Shown here: positions 11,693 through 24,119 of the stretch, in pieces | Layout of the letters: every line of letters begins with the position of its first letter | How positions within the stretch are numbered: position 1 is the stretch's first letter | Source of the DNA: Klebsormidium nitens | Lineage: Eukaryota; Plantae; Klebsormidiophyceae | NCBI GenBank assembly: GCA_000708835.1 | Contig: DF237167.1 | Span: forward strand, 62,001 to 126,000 | Length of the DNA stretch: 64,000 bases | Reading direction: 5' to 3' | Made by a program: the position numbers and the translations under genes | The notes under the pieces: generated by a model | The model's database searches: none | The model's input: the letters and a program-made list of their open reading frames with translations, nothing else | Told to the model about the DNA's origin: nothing

Positions 11693-14054
11693 ATGCCGCC
11701 ACCAAGCGCAAATCCTGTCCGGCCCCATAGAACCTCCTTGAAGAATTGGTTTCGGAAAACCTTTGTCTCCCCACTGCTTTTCCTGGGTTTGGTAACCCTG
11801 ATCTCCGGTGCTTTTGGTGGGTCATGGGGTTTCACCCTTGCACGACGGGCGAGTCACGGAGTGCGGGAGGACGGCACGCAGAGGAGCGAGCTTCAATCAG
11901 ATCTAGAAGGGACTGTTGGTGCAGCGTCACTTCTCCAGAGCGTCAAATTGAACGCACAATTTCGCACAATCCTGATGCGTCCTCAGAAGCATGGGAAACT
12001 TACAGAAGCCAAGAAGAGCAGCCGAAGTCAGAAGCTAAGTATTGAAACTGATGAGGATCGCGGCGAGCTTTTAGGGACGGGGGCAGCTGCGGAGAGCGGC
12101 CTAAGAGTGCAAGTGATTGAGGGCGGGCTCAAGGGATCCCTCCACGAAGAACCGGGATTCGTGCGCTGGCGCGACTCCGTCATTCTCCTCGGTTCTTTCA
12201 ACGTTAGCAGAGACTATGCCCCGGTCTTGTCAGCCACCCACCATGAGCTCCTAGCGATTGGCAGCACCAGAACCACAATCTACAATCTGACGACCGGTGA
12301 CGTCACAATTGGGCCGGATTTCCCCGTGCTCATGCACCACCCGGCCGCAGCAATTTCCCCCGGGGGGGTGGTCCATCTGGTCGGAAGTGCCGACTGGAGT
12401 GACATGAGTAGTCCAAACAACGACGCGTTTCATTTCACTTGGGATGTCGAGGGGGGTGCAACGGACTGGATTGACAGGGCGCGGGTTTTGGGGGCGGCGG
12501 GGGGGTTCAGCTGCGAGTTTCTCGGGGAGTTTATGTACTGCTGCGGAGGGGGAAGACGGCTTCAGGAACGGACGGGGGATCTCCTTCGGGTCTATAATCC
12601 AGCAAACGACAGCTGGTCGGAGGCTGCCCCGCTGCCTGAGGTGCGTTAAATGTACTTGATTGTTTCAAAGGTGCTATGTATGCGTATTGCCGGGACCCCA
12701 CAGAAATTCAAGCTGACTCTGGTGGTGCAAGTCATTTTGAAGCCTTGTTGCAACGGTATGTATTAATTCTGTCTCTGAGCTTTTGGGACCTCAACGTACA
12801 GCATAGCACCTGAATTGAGAAGCTCGTAGAGCAATGGCAGTGGATGAATTACGAGCCCATCAGTTCACACGAGTCTCGCACTTTTAATGAGAGCTTCCGG
12901 ACAATTACGAATTTTTTCTGCATTGCGTATTCAGACCTCAAGGCCAGATTGTGAAAGTGGCACAACTTCTCTTTTGAACTTTGCAGATACTCAACATATC
13001 ACATTTGTGCAGCGCTGGGTCCCTCCACGAGCTTTTGCAAAGCTTGTCGATATTGCTTGATACACATGATCTGCTATCTCTGACTCCTGGGCAACATCGT
13101 TCTCGTCGCAAGGATTCACGTCGAATCTAAGGACCGCCTTTCAGCAGTCTCCTAAATGCCTCTGAATGCCAGTCAACCCAGTTCATCGAAGTGCTTCCCG
13201 GTTTGAATGCTTTGCGTCTTTTTTTCCTGCAGCCAGCGGACCACGTCACACTGCTCGTCTATGAAGGCGAACTCTGGGGAGTCGGGGGCGCGTCAAGTTT
13301 CAACCCTAGATATGGAGCCTATAACCCAAAATTCACGTCACACGACCACTACCGGCACTCCATCACCCAGCTCGCGGTCTATAACCCGAGCACTAACCAA
13401 TGGTTGGTTAAGCAACCACTGCCGTACTCCAGGGCGGCCCCGATTGTCGCTTTAGTTCAGCGCCCGGGGAAACGGGCGAGCATGTTAATGGGAGGGGGCG
13501 AGGTGTATCTGGGTTCGAACGGGATGGCGGTGACGTCACTGTCCGAGTACGACTTTGGAGAAGACGTCTGGTGAGTAAAACTTGGGTTCAGTCACCTTTG
13601 TGAAGTACGAAGAGCGCCTTTCTGGTTCAGCTTCGGAATCCGATTTTACCCGATGCTACTTCCTGCCAAGGCCTTCGACGTGTACACCTTCTTTGCCTGT
13701 AATTCTTCAAAGCGATTACACAGAGGTTCCGCTTGCATTCGTATCATTAAAGTTTCCTCCACGCTCCAAAACATGTGTCCTGCGCGCAGGTTCTGCCACG
13801 TGGATCCGCTTCCATTTCCGGTCTTCGGAGCGGGTTCCGCCCTCTGGAATGACAGATGGTACATCCTCGGGGGTGGGGAAAGCTACAATCTGGCGGCCAC
13901 GGACCGCGTCATGATTGTCGACGTGGCCAATCTGCCTACCCCAGAGCCGTGCGCCGGTCAGCAGGGGAGACAGGAAAAGACGTGGTGGCAAACTAGAGCC
14001 GCGAGCTGGCAGAAAACCTTTCCCTACCCCAAGCAATTTTTGGAGAAGCGGTAA
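11693..14054 (+). CDS. Kelch-repeat (beta-propeller) protein with N-terminal membrane anchor, ~516 aa, 3 exons
   Basis: Exons 11693-12640, 13233-13570, 13790-14054 with consistent phases. TM segment FVSPLLFLGLVTLISGAFGG. Kelch signatures: MYCCGGG..LRVYNPANDSWSEAAPLP, LWGVGG..VYNPSTNQWLVKQPLP, WYILGGG. Confidence 0.85.
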
Positions 14055-16379
14055 GACTGTCAATGTCGAGAATCCCTTCAGAGTCGACTGAGAAACATCG
14101 TGAAGTTACGAACTAGGATGCAGGAATGCCACAATCGCCCAGCTTCCACCGTTACAAGGTTATATTAGAACGCGCAGAACGAACATAATTGATTGGTACA
14201 CCCGAAGAGCTTGCTTTCATGAGCAACCACTGCTTCATAACCTTCCAACCACGAGTCTGTCATTGGATTGGTATGATACTGTAACCTGTTTAGACGCCTG
14301 CGGCCTGCATGCATTTAAAAGCGCTTCATATACAAGGTACACAAAACACAACGGCACTCTCAGCAAAGCAACGGTCGGAGAGCGTATGCCCAATATTAAT
14401 AGTGTGCTCTCAAACCGAGAAACAGGCGCTTTCATAATATGATAAAAACGGGTTGGACATCATGAGATTCCAGCGTTTACTTGGTTGATCGACCCTCGGT
14501 AACTCCGGCGCATTCCCGTCCTGCACTACACGTCCAGAAGACGGATGCTTTCCGTACTCCCCGCCTACTACGTACATGTTGATGCATTACTACCAGGCCT
14601 TGAGCTTTTTGCTGGGCCGGAGTTTCCCAGTGGAGCAGGCACTAGCTCAGTGCAGCAGGTGCAAGAGGAGCTGCCGGAGTACAAGGAGAAGCAGCGCTAC
14701 ATTAGGCGCGCGCGCGTGTCTGAGCGCGCAAGCGTACATCCTAAAGGCTCCTTAAGGGGGAGCCCGATCCCGGAATTTGCAGCAGCTGTTAACCGAAGCC
14801 CAAAAGGCGGGTTCGAGCGTCAGAACTAAGCAGTCTGCCGCGTCAGCTCCGCTTCCAGTTCCAATTCTCGAAAGGCTAAGTTTCGGGCTACAAGATAGAG
14901 GGTCAAGGCCGCCCTGATGGAGGCGACATACATTTACATGCCACTCTGAAAACTTGCAATTGCACGGGTTACGGCAGTGAGCTCAAGTTTCATGGGCAGG
15001 CTGCAGCACATAAAGCTACTTCGCGGATCCTCTCCGAGGTTTACAAACGCCACCAGCAAAGGGGTATTGTCGCGGCCCTGGAACGGGTAGAGATAGCGAG
15101 AGCGGAATTGACGCTTATAGCCTAGCTTAGAGTAAGTCGGTAAAGACGCGGAGCATGACGTTGAATGCGGTCACTGAGTCTTGCCGGTTCATTCGTTTAG
15201 TCGACACTTGATCAATCATTCAATGATGTCATGATGTATTTTGATCACGATTCGATATGAAATCCGGAAGAAGAAGGCAATCAATGCAAGTGACTCCAGG
15301 TCACTCAGGCCACTAATCGTACTTCATCCTTCAATGAAAGTTAGCTAGATGCTAATCTACAAGTTCCGAAAGCGTCTGCAGACATGTCACTGTGGCACCA
15401 GCTCCAAGCTCAACGAGTTCAGAACTATGCACTTAGCACTTAAGCCTGGTACTACATCCTTCATTCCAATCATTCAGCCCCGACCCTGGCACGGCATGGC
15501 ATTCGGAGACTCAAGTAGATGCCATGATGGGGGTCTACCGGAATCATGTGGGCGTACGTAGTATCGGTCATGGGTTAGGGTATTATGACACGATCCGACC
15601 GTTTTACCGTTAAAAAAAAGTGGGTCTGTGTCGCTGCTTCGCATCCACATTAACTAACAGCAGCTTAGGGCTAACATTGTAAATTGTAGCGTCACCCTCA
15701 CAGTAATCATCCGTCGTAGATTGAACATGCACGTCAAAGGCTGTCCGACTCTATCCTTTAACACCAATCGATGACTACATAAGCCGTTCTCAAGCCCCGC
15801 GAGCTTCACCGGTAGACCAACTCCGTTACTAAAAGTATCAGAGATCGAAGTAACCCCTCACAACAAACCACAAAGCAGTAGTAGCTCCCGCGCGCGCCTC
15901 TGATTGTAGCCCGCTTACTAACTCGACGGCTGGCCTTGGTCATGCTGACGTCTTCGCCAGTAGAAAGTCTGAAGAGATCCAATATAGGTAAAATCAGTTG
16001 AGTGTCCCAGCGAATCCGCATCCGGTATTGGCGCTGAAGTTTGAACAGACCAAGGCGACCTTGACCCGAGAAATCCTCCTTGCGGCCCGCCGGTTTCGCA
16101 AAGTGACGGTAACCAACTTGTGCAACTGCAACACGTGTGTGCAATGGCGGTGCCTTCGGGCGGGGCCAATCTGAATCCGTCGATTTTCTAGACCCAACTT
16201 TCGAGTACCCAACACTTTCAAGGGCTCATCAGAGTCAGAAGAGAGAAGCGCCCACTAAGTGAAACACGCTTAGCGCTTCCGAGTCAATTCATACATCAAA
16301 CAAAGATTAGACCGTCTTTCCTTCTGGCATAGGAGGCATCCAGCTTGTAGCGGATAACAAGGCTTCAGACCAGACCTGA

Positions 16380-19300
16380 TCAGGCAAGCTTGCCTCGGGC
16401 AGAAGAAAGGAGACAGAAGATTCCCGCGAGCTTGGAACTGAAGTGAGAAACAGCATAACGATTCAACCTACCGCTTTCAGCAGTCTTGAGCGCCGTACAT
16501 TCATGCTGCTCCGATAGATGCGAGAGCCGCTTTTGAAGGAGCGCACAGATGACGAGAAACCCGGAACACATGGCGAACATGGCCGTCAGCGAGAAGGAGC
16601 TCACCTGCAAGAAAAGATACCATGACGTCACCAGCCGGGCCGCTGACGTCCACATCCGATGTCAAGCTGATGTTCCGGTCGTCAATCAAGCGCAACCGAA
16701 AAGGCAGTGACCGCACCTACTCGAGGTTACTACGACTATTCAGGCTTCGGTATTTGGTCCTATGACGGCTGTGCATCACTTTGCACGCCCCTAGCAAGGA
16801 TGAGAGCTGCTTACTGTCAGGATACACCAGGAACGCTCTTGAAGGGCTTTTGGTTGGATCGGAATACTATCAATATCGATCACAACCGAAACTTCCTGAG
16901 AAATGGCAAATCTTGGTGGAAGGCAAGGAGTACCTAGTCCGAGAACCTATTTCTTGCCCTTTCGGATGTTTTTGTCTGAAATTCAAAGCAAGACCCGCAG
17001 AAATTCCACAAACGGGGGACCGTCTGATGGTTCTGGCCACCCTTTCAATCTTTCTCTAGCGCAGCCTTCATCGGTAAATCTATTGACTCTTCAACGATCT
17101 TATCATCCGGCTCTAAAGAGTCGCTGCTCCGTTTTTTGGGCGGCGTTGTTTTGATATTAAGCCTTTCCAATAGGACTACCGCAACGGCGTTGAGTCCAGC
17201 GCACATTCCAAAAACAGTGACGCCTGTGTAGCTTTTCACCTAGATCACGGCATGAAGAAAAGGGACCGTCAGACTTGAGAAAATTTTGGAAAACGATCTG
17301 TAAGAATCAGCACTGGCATGTGTAAAAAGTATCTGTTAAATGCCCAAAACCACCCCGAGGACTACATACGTGAACACGATAAAAAAGGAGGAGGAAAGCT
17401 GCGTAGGGGATGGAAGGGAGAGCTGAAAGGTGACATGCCAGATTATTTACAAACCAGTGCAGAATAAAGATAGCGAGTATCGGGCCTAGAGGAGCCTAGA
17501 CGATTAACCGTTGGCGAGATGCTCGTGAGGAACTCACAGCAAACGCGGACGGGATGTGAAACGGAACGGGAAGGACGAAGGAGAGCGGCGTTTGCTTTGA
17601 GAGTCAAATCACAAAAGATAAAAAGACCGGGAAGGTGAGCGGGACTTCCTTACGTTGTACAGGACGAGGCAGACAAAAACGTTGAGCGGAATCCGGAACA
17701 TGTTCATAATGGTCGACCGGCTCTCCTCGGGAATGTACTGGGAACGCAACTTCATGATGCTGGGCCAGAAGATTCCGACACACACTTCAAAGATCAGGAA
17801 GCCCAGCAGTTGCAAACGGCCCCCTGGTGTCAATCCCCCGCCAGAAGTAACCGTGGGCTCGTATATAAGCTGCAAGGTCAAGATGAGAGCCAGGTTAATC
17901 AATGGGGTTATTTAGCCCAGTAGACGCTAAAAAAGCAACTAAGCTACTTTGCAGATGGATAGATCACATGATAAGACATGAGCTTAGCAATATGGCCAGA
18001 AAGGGTGAGGAAAAGCTCGGGATGCCGCATGTATTAGTGCGCACAAAGACGCTAGCTTCTTTGAGAGGATGACGGTATCCATACTTACTCGAAACGTGAT
18101 ACGGGTATCCTTACGAGCTAAATGGATTCACGAGTCTTGAAGTATCAGTATTTAAAGCCCGGAAAATACGTCAAAATAGCGCCTTTGGAACGTACTTTGG
18201 AACGTACTTTGGAACGCACAAAATCAGGAACACTCAATCGCTCCTAAAAGAAGGAATCGGCGTCAGCGCTTTTGTCCAGAAGGCGGGGATGGAAACGAAA
18301 CCAAAGCTCTAACTTACGACTTTTTGATATTTCCGTATGGACTGCAGATTTGCTTGCAAATCTCTCCTGGGCATGTCCTTTTGCCCGGGAGTCAGAGGGC
18401 TACGTTCATCCAGCCTCGAAACACCAGATTGACAATTCGCTGGTAGTGAAACATCCTTTGATTCCAGACGGAATCAAGCGAAGACGAAAATCAGGTTCAA
18501 ACGATATGCCATATTGCTATGAAACCACAAAACCCTATTCTTGTCACTTCTGTAAAAGAACAGGTTGTTGGACCTAGTCAAACAGTGCTGACCAAGACGA
18601 ATCGTGGAGGAGCTTTGCAGGGAGTGCTTTTTTTAGGTGACCTCTGATTGATCGAGATCCAACCTCCCTTGTCTTTCCCGCTCCCTTCAAAGGAGCGAGT
18701 ACCAGATTTAGCGAGGCCGCTTCCGGGTTAATCCGGTCCCGCTTTAGAACACTGCTGAGAATGGTGTTAAGTTATCCACCTGGTTGAAGACCGGGACCAG
18801 AAGCGCGGCGCTTGACACCATAAAGACGTATTGCATGTAGTACTCCACGCGCGTCGACCGGGCCATCAGACGGGAGGCGATGCTGCTCCCGATCATAGAC
18901 GCGAGCATAAAGGTGGCGAAGATGAACCCGTGGGGAATGTTCTGTCCATTTGGGCTGAGAGCGGGCGTCCACAGGAACACGAACGTGTACATAGACCCTT
19001 CGAAGAGAGCCTGGATCGCGCCGAGAAGGGCAATCTTCTCATCTGCGCAAGGAAAAGTGGCACGGTTGGATCAGTAATAGCAACTGTTGGACACTAGGCG
19101 CGGGCTCTCGAGAAAGGCTGAGATCAGATGGGCCCTTGGAAGAGCGACTTTAACGCCCCTGAACTTGCTACTTCTGGAACGCGCGCAAGAGGAAAGGTAA
19201 TGCTGTGTCGGGATTCGGAGTTGTGGTAGAAGGAGCGGGGAAGACGGACAGTGTCATCTCTCGCGAAGCAAACCGAATTTCGGTAGATCTTTAATGCTGC

Positions 19301-22300
19301 CAAGTAAAACGTCATCGTCTTTCCGCAAGATGAGAACGTCCCCAAAGGGCGACTGCTTTCCCAAGTTCTCCGTTTTCCTATGGCAGGGAAAACGGAACGT
19401 CCATCAGGCTTCGCCCGAGTCGTGCGTGTATAGCCACTTCTAACGCTGCAAGCGTCGATGCGGAACAAGCGGTGTGCTGCCACGCTTCAAAGGCAAATAT
19501 TACAGAAGAAGCACGTGGGGGAGCACACTTGTAAAGTTCACATCGGTCGCCCTAAGACGAGCATATACGCAGATCCGCCGTTTAGGCATAATGCAAATCC
19601 GCGGAATAAAGTCAGTGTACTGCAAGAGCGGGCGGAGATCAGCCGGAGCCGTCAGCTCACCAGCCACGATCGAGTTCCACGCCTGCTGGAACTGCTGCTG
19701 CAACGTCTTCTTCTCGTCCGTCTCCCCGTAGTTCTCGGGCCACGTCTTCAGAATGACGCCGCACCCGATCGCCAGGAAACACGCGGCGGTGTCAAACGGC
19801 GCCACAGGCCCGAGGTTAAGATCCACAACTAGGAAGTTGGCGAGGAGCCCCGCAAGAATTGCGACCAGTCCATTGCCCAGGAAGATAGCTTTGGAGAACG
19901 TGAGGGACAGCCACTGGGGCTCAAAATTGTGCTGCGGAGAAGAGCGATACGTTCGTTTCGCACCTTCAGCGGGTTACTTGACATTCTCCAAGTGATCCTT
20001 CATGGCAGTCTATTGTTTAGAGAGTGTTAGGCAACTACAGGCGTCGATCAGAAGGGAGCTAGCAGTCGCAACAAGCGGAACCACTTCCAATGAGAAGTGG
20101 CTTCATTGTGAACCTTTGTAAGCTTGATCGTGGTTCTCCTCAATGACAGTCCTTGGATCAGCTTCCTTAGGCGGTCCGAAACGGTCCGCAACAAGATCGA
20201 GGAAGTATCCTCCGTGCTTACGTTCTCACCCATCTCGATCTAAGGAAAATTGGATCGCTGGTGAACGCTCATCAATACCGTCAACGGCCCTTGTGATACG
20301 AGAGGGTCCTTTCAAAAGCAGCGGAGAACCAAAGCGCGTCTAGATTGAAGCGAGTCTGGTCAAACTAGGCATGGATTCGTGGGTGGCCCATGTAGCTGTC
20401 CCAGTAACCTTCAAGGCTGCAGATTTGATTTTCCTTTACTGCGAAACAGCAGGTGAGACTGCGGCGGAATGAAAGAGTCGGTTGGAGCTTTTTGGGCGCT
20501 GACTGGGGATGCATCTGCTCGACTTTACCCAGGGGAGAAGATGCCGCGCTGGGCCCAAGCAGATGTTTGGAGGGACACTTCCACACTGTTATTGCGGACC
20601 AAGTATATAGCTGACGGCGAGGATTGCAGGCTTGTAACGATCTTGCAACTCTTCGGAACAATACCTTACGGCCATGTGACTTTCTTTGACTGGCGCACGT
20701 AGATTTTTCCTTTGCAAACCTTTCAGCGCACCAGTCCAACGAGCACAAAACCGGGTTGCATACCCTGGTCCACCAACCCTACAATTGCTTCTGGTGGGCC
20801 TGGAAACTTTGTAAGATGAACATGATCTATCTTGACCTGCATCTGGACCCAGCAAAAGCCCCAGTGCAGCTTCACATACCTTGAAGTGCTCCGCGACCAA
20901 CCATGATTCGAAAGCCGAGAAGAGCAGGCTCGTTGCGATTCCCCCCAGGATGCGACCGACCAATAGGAATGCGAACCTTGGGGAGTGCTTCGTCCAGCAG
21001 CTGAGTATGTAGGAGACACAGTAGAGGACGCTTGCGAGCCTCCGACCGCTGCAGAGGGGCAGAAGAAAGTTTGCTTGCTTAAACAATTGAGCGACGGTTC
21101 CAGGCGAACTATGGCCGCTAGAACACCTTACTCAACCTACTACGGAGACAAATTTCATATCTCGGTGCACGTGTTCTGGTAAAAACAGAATCTGTTGGGC
21201 AAGCAGTGGAGCACAGCTTACATAAAGACTTTCAATGTGAAGAGGCTAGCTTGTCTTCCAGACACTGTTCGCAGGAGACACAGAGGCTCTCGACGGCATA
21301 CCTCAGGGTTTCAGCAGTTTTTGATGCTTTGGAAAAGAAACACTTTTTGAGCTCATTTGCATACGATGGGGGTTCCAAAGACAAAGAAGAGCGACCCTAC
21401 GCTTTCAACAGACAAGCGTGACCTGTGACCTTGCTCTATCGGAAACATGCAGATGAGACCTGATCAGAAGTCTCTGCTGAGTTCATTCACGAGATTTTTT
21501 GAATGGGGCCAGAGATGCGGAGACTCACTGCTTGTCTGCCAAGGACCCCACAATTGTTCCGAATACCATCGACGATCCAAACCCTGCAATGAAGAGCCGT
21601 CCAATATCCCCCTGGTCGTATCCATAGTGCTGATATAATGCATAGACGTAAGGGCCCTGTAGCCAGTCGCCAGCTGCACGCATGAAAATTCAAGTAAGGT
21701 TCCCCTTTCACCAAAAACCGCTCAGGCCTCCAACCCCTCTGGTCCACATATACCACCCCTCTGGTCCATATAACCACCCATGTAAGCCTTTTGTGGAATC
21801 AAAGGTGGCCAGAATGGAAGTCAGTCGGTAAAATTGGAGCAATTGCATTGAGTTTGTTGCTCGCAGATGAGCTCTCAGACTTTTCTGCGAAGGCCATCTA
21901 GACGAACTTCGGCTAGAGCTGCAGAGCATGGTGCCAAAACTTGCAAGAAAGAACTGCAAGCGTCTTTGCAGGGTCTGTTCGTACCAGCAAAGTGCAAAGA
22001 GGACCCAGACACACAGATAGTGCGAGCTATGCTCACGGTTGATGATGCGACATAATGCCGAGAAGACTCAGGACATTCGCCAATAAGAATGGCAACTAAC
22101 CAAGCTGAGCTGAGCAGCCAGAGCAGTTGTTATTGCCGGTGAAGTATGTAGCTAGTAGCTTGAAGAGGCACTTACCCATCATCAGGCTGTATACAAGAAG
22201 GTAGTTGTTCTTGAAAGCTTCAAAGCTGGGGATCGTGACAAACGTGTCCTTCTGCCCTTTTGACAACTCTGAGACACCGCAGATTGCCGCCAGAGCCCCA

Positions 22301-22326
22301 AACACAATGTAGTAGAAGTTTTCCAT
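16380..22326 (-). CDS. GoSAMT: MFS transporter of the DUF791/MFSD5/MOT2 family, closely resembling plant Golgi SAM transporters (GoSAMT1/2)
   Basis: Exons 22326-22176, 21673-21529, 21048-20880, 19931-19661, 19042-18780, 17869-17654, then last exon 7B from 16604 (3' end unresolved; open frame to 16380). Hallmarks: FKNNYLLVYSLMMAGDWLQGPYVY, GRILGGIATSLLFSAFESWLVAEH, GPVAPFD, DEKIALLGAIQALFEGSMYTFVFLWTPAL, FWPSIMKLRSQYIPEESRSTIMN. Confidence 0.92.
17045..17239 (-). CDS. Candidate alternative terminal exon (7A) of the MFS transporter
   Basis: Pyrimidine tract and TAG acceptor at 17240, phase 0. Encodes VKSYTGVTVFGMCAGLNAVAVVLLERL..., homologous to exon 7B VSSFSLTAMFAMCSGFLVICALLQKRL, and ends in its own stop. 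Confidence 0.6.
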   Translation of the reverse strand: MKSYTGVTVFGMCAGLNAVAVVLLERLNIKTTPPKKRSSDSLEPDDKIVEESIDLPMKAALEKD

Positions 22327-24119
22327 GATGAAAGCTGTGCTGATCCAAGCTCGCCGTTCTAGCGCCGTTGAAACATGACGTCCTTTATCTTTCTAATATT
22401 CCAGACACTCCAAAGACGGGAGCTGAAGCGGGCTAGGAACAGGTCGAGCTGGCCACTAAGCACCGGCGAAGACGCGAAGCCTGAGCAGGATACTAGGTTG
22501 GGTTTTAAACTGGGAGAACGAGCTCCCAAAAACAATCATTGCTCTTTAATCAGACAAGAACAGCTCCAGCTCGGCCACCTGTTGGTTGGCCAGGAGATAT
22601 CCACCGCAAGTCACAAGTGTCCAAACAAATCTCTCGATCTGGTGGTGCATTGCAGACTGCAGTCGCCCACAGTATCACCGGCTTACTGTGTTCAGTGGCA
22701 AAGCTGGCGGTGTCGCTCAGAACATTTCAAGTTTAGGATCCCTGTCACTGACATTAATGACATCAGTGCAGTGTGGGACTTAAGGAAGATGATTTCTGTC
22801 TGCTCAGCTAGAAACAGTTTCAAGAGTGAGATGAGCACAACAACCACTGCAAGTTCAACTTCAAGTGAGCAAACAGATTAACATGAGGATCCGCACGCGC
22901 GCGTCCAGGTATCAAGACCCGTCATACCGGTTCGGTTGATGTCAAGTTCTGAATAGAAAAGTACTGTCTATTTACAATTTGGAGCTCCCTGAAACTAACA
23001 TCTCTAAGAGGAACCGGCACAGATCCCCGGCTCTAGCCGGCTGACTTCACGTGGGGCGCGCCCAACCGCGGCAAGACTAGGGACTACAACCGTGACCGTT
23101 TACAAGTAGCCCGCGCTCTAGATTGATATGTACCGGTACATGCGAAATAGGTAGCTGCAGAAAGCCGGCGCTTCCAAGGCAATCTACATTGCCATTGGGA
23201 AACCTGAGCCTCAATGTCAGGAATAGCCGCCATGATGATGAAGATGTTCGCAGCACTGGTTCCAGGGAGCGCAGTTGCAGACCGTCCCTTGCGCACTACC
23301 AAGCTCAATACGATTCTACGCCGCTTCTGCTCTTACCACCGCAGAAAGAAGAGAAGTGAGCTCAACAGTGCAGACAGCTATAGCTACAAATGAATCTCTG
23401 GTCATGAGGGACATGAGCTGGTCGTGACCTCAATGAACCACTTGAAAGTCAACAGACCTTGCCCAAACCAAGTGGACAGTGCCATTCCAACATTCTCCTC
23501 TCCGATTGCTCCGCAAAAGGTGCTCAGGAAGCAGGTAAGACATACTCGCTGTCTCAGCAATCATGCGGATGGTTTTGCATTTGTGCCGCTTTGCATATTC
23601 ATAAAAGCGGTGCACAAATATCTGAAGCATGCTTGCACAAAGTGGGGTGCGATAAAGATTGGAAGTTTTAGGCGGTATAATGCTGACTGGGTTTCGTTTT
23701 TGGCGCGAGCTTTTGTCACAGTCCTGCAAATTGTGGAAGGCTGATCTTGAAATCTTTGCAGAAGGCCAAACATCCAGCAATTGATGCCTTCTTGCCAAGG
23801 ACTTCATAGATTACAGCTCAGACTGCTAAAATCTGAGCTGCTGAAAAATTTTCCTCCATGATTGGCTCAACCTCAAAATGCTGTCAATGCGCGTGCACCC
23901 CTGGCCTAGTCATCCCACAGGCCTTTCGATTGGCTGTTTGAAAAGTGGACTAAAGTGCTGTTATCTCATCGGTTGCTTCAAGACCTTGCGCTCATCAAAA
24001 TGGTACCTGTTATCGTGTGCTCATGACTGCGTTACTGTAAGCCAGACCTACGTCAGGAAAGCTAGGCCCTTCAATATGTACCTTCGCAGACATGTGCTTT
24101 GTTGTCTGCAGTAGCCACA
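22327..24119. promoter_or_regulatory. Divergent intergenic region shared by the GoSAMT-like transporter and SAM synthetase; includes the SAMS 5'UTR intron
   Basis: The two ATGs point away from each other, 1.8 kb apart. G-box-like CACGTG at 23048-23053. Acceptor TTGTCTGCAG just before the SAMS ATG, and a possible UTR donor GTGAGC near 23357. Confidence 0.55.

Noticed and set aside
14500-16250. Short ORFs and GC-rich patches downstream of Kelch 1 and the transporter
   Set aside because: No supportable homology, and I could not assign the transporter's final 3' end here.
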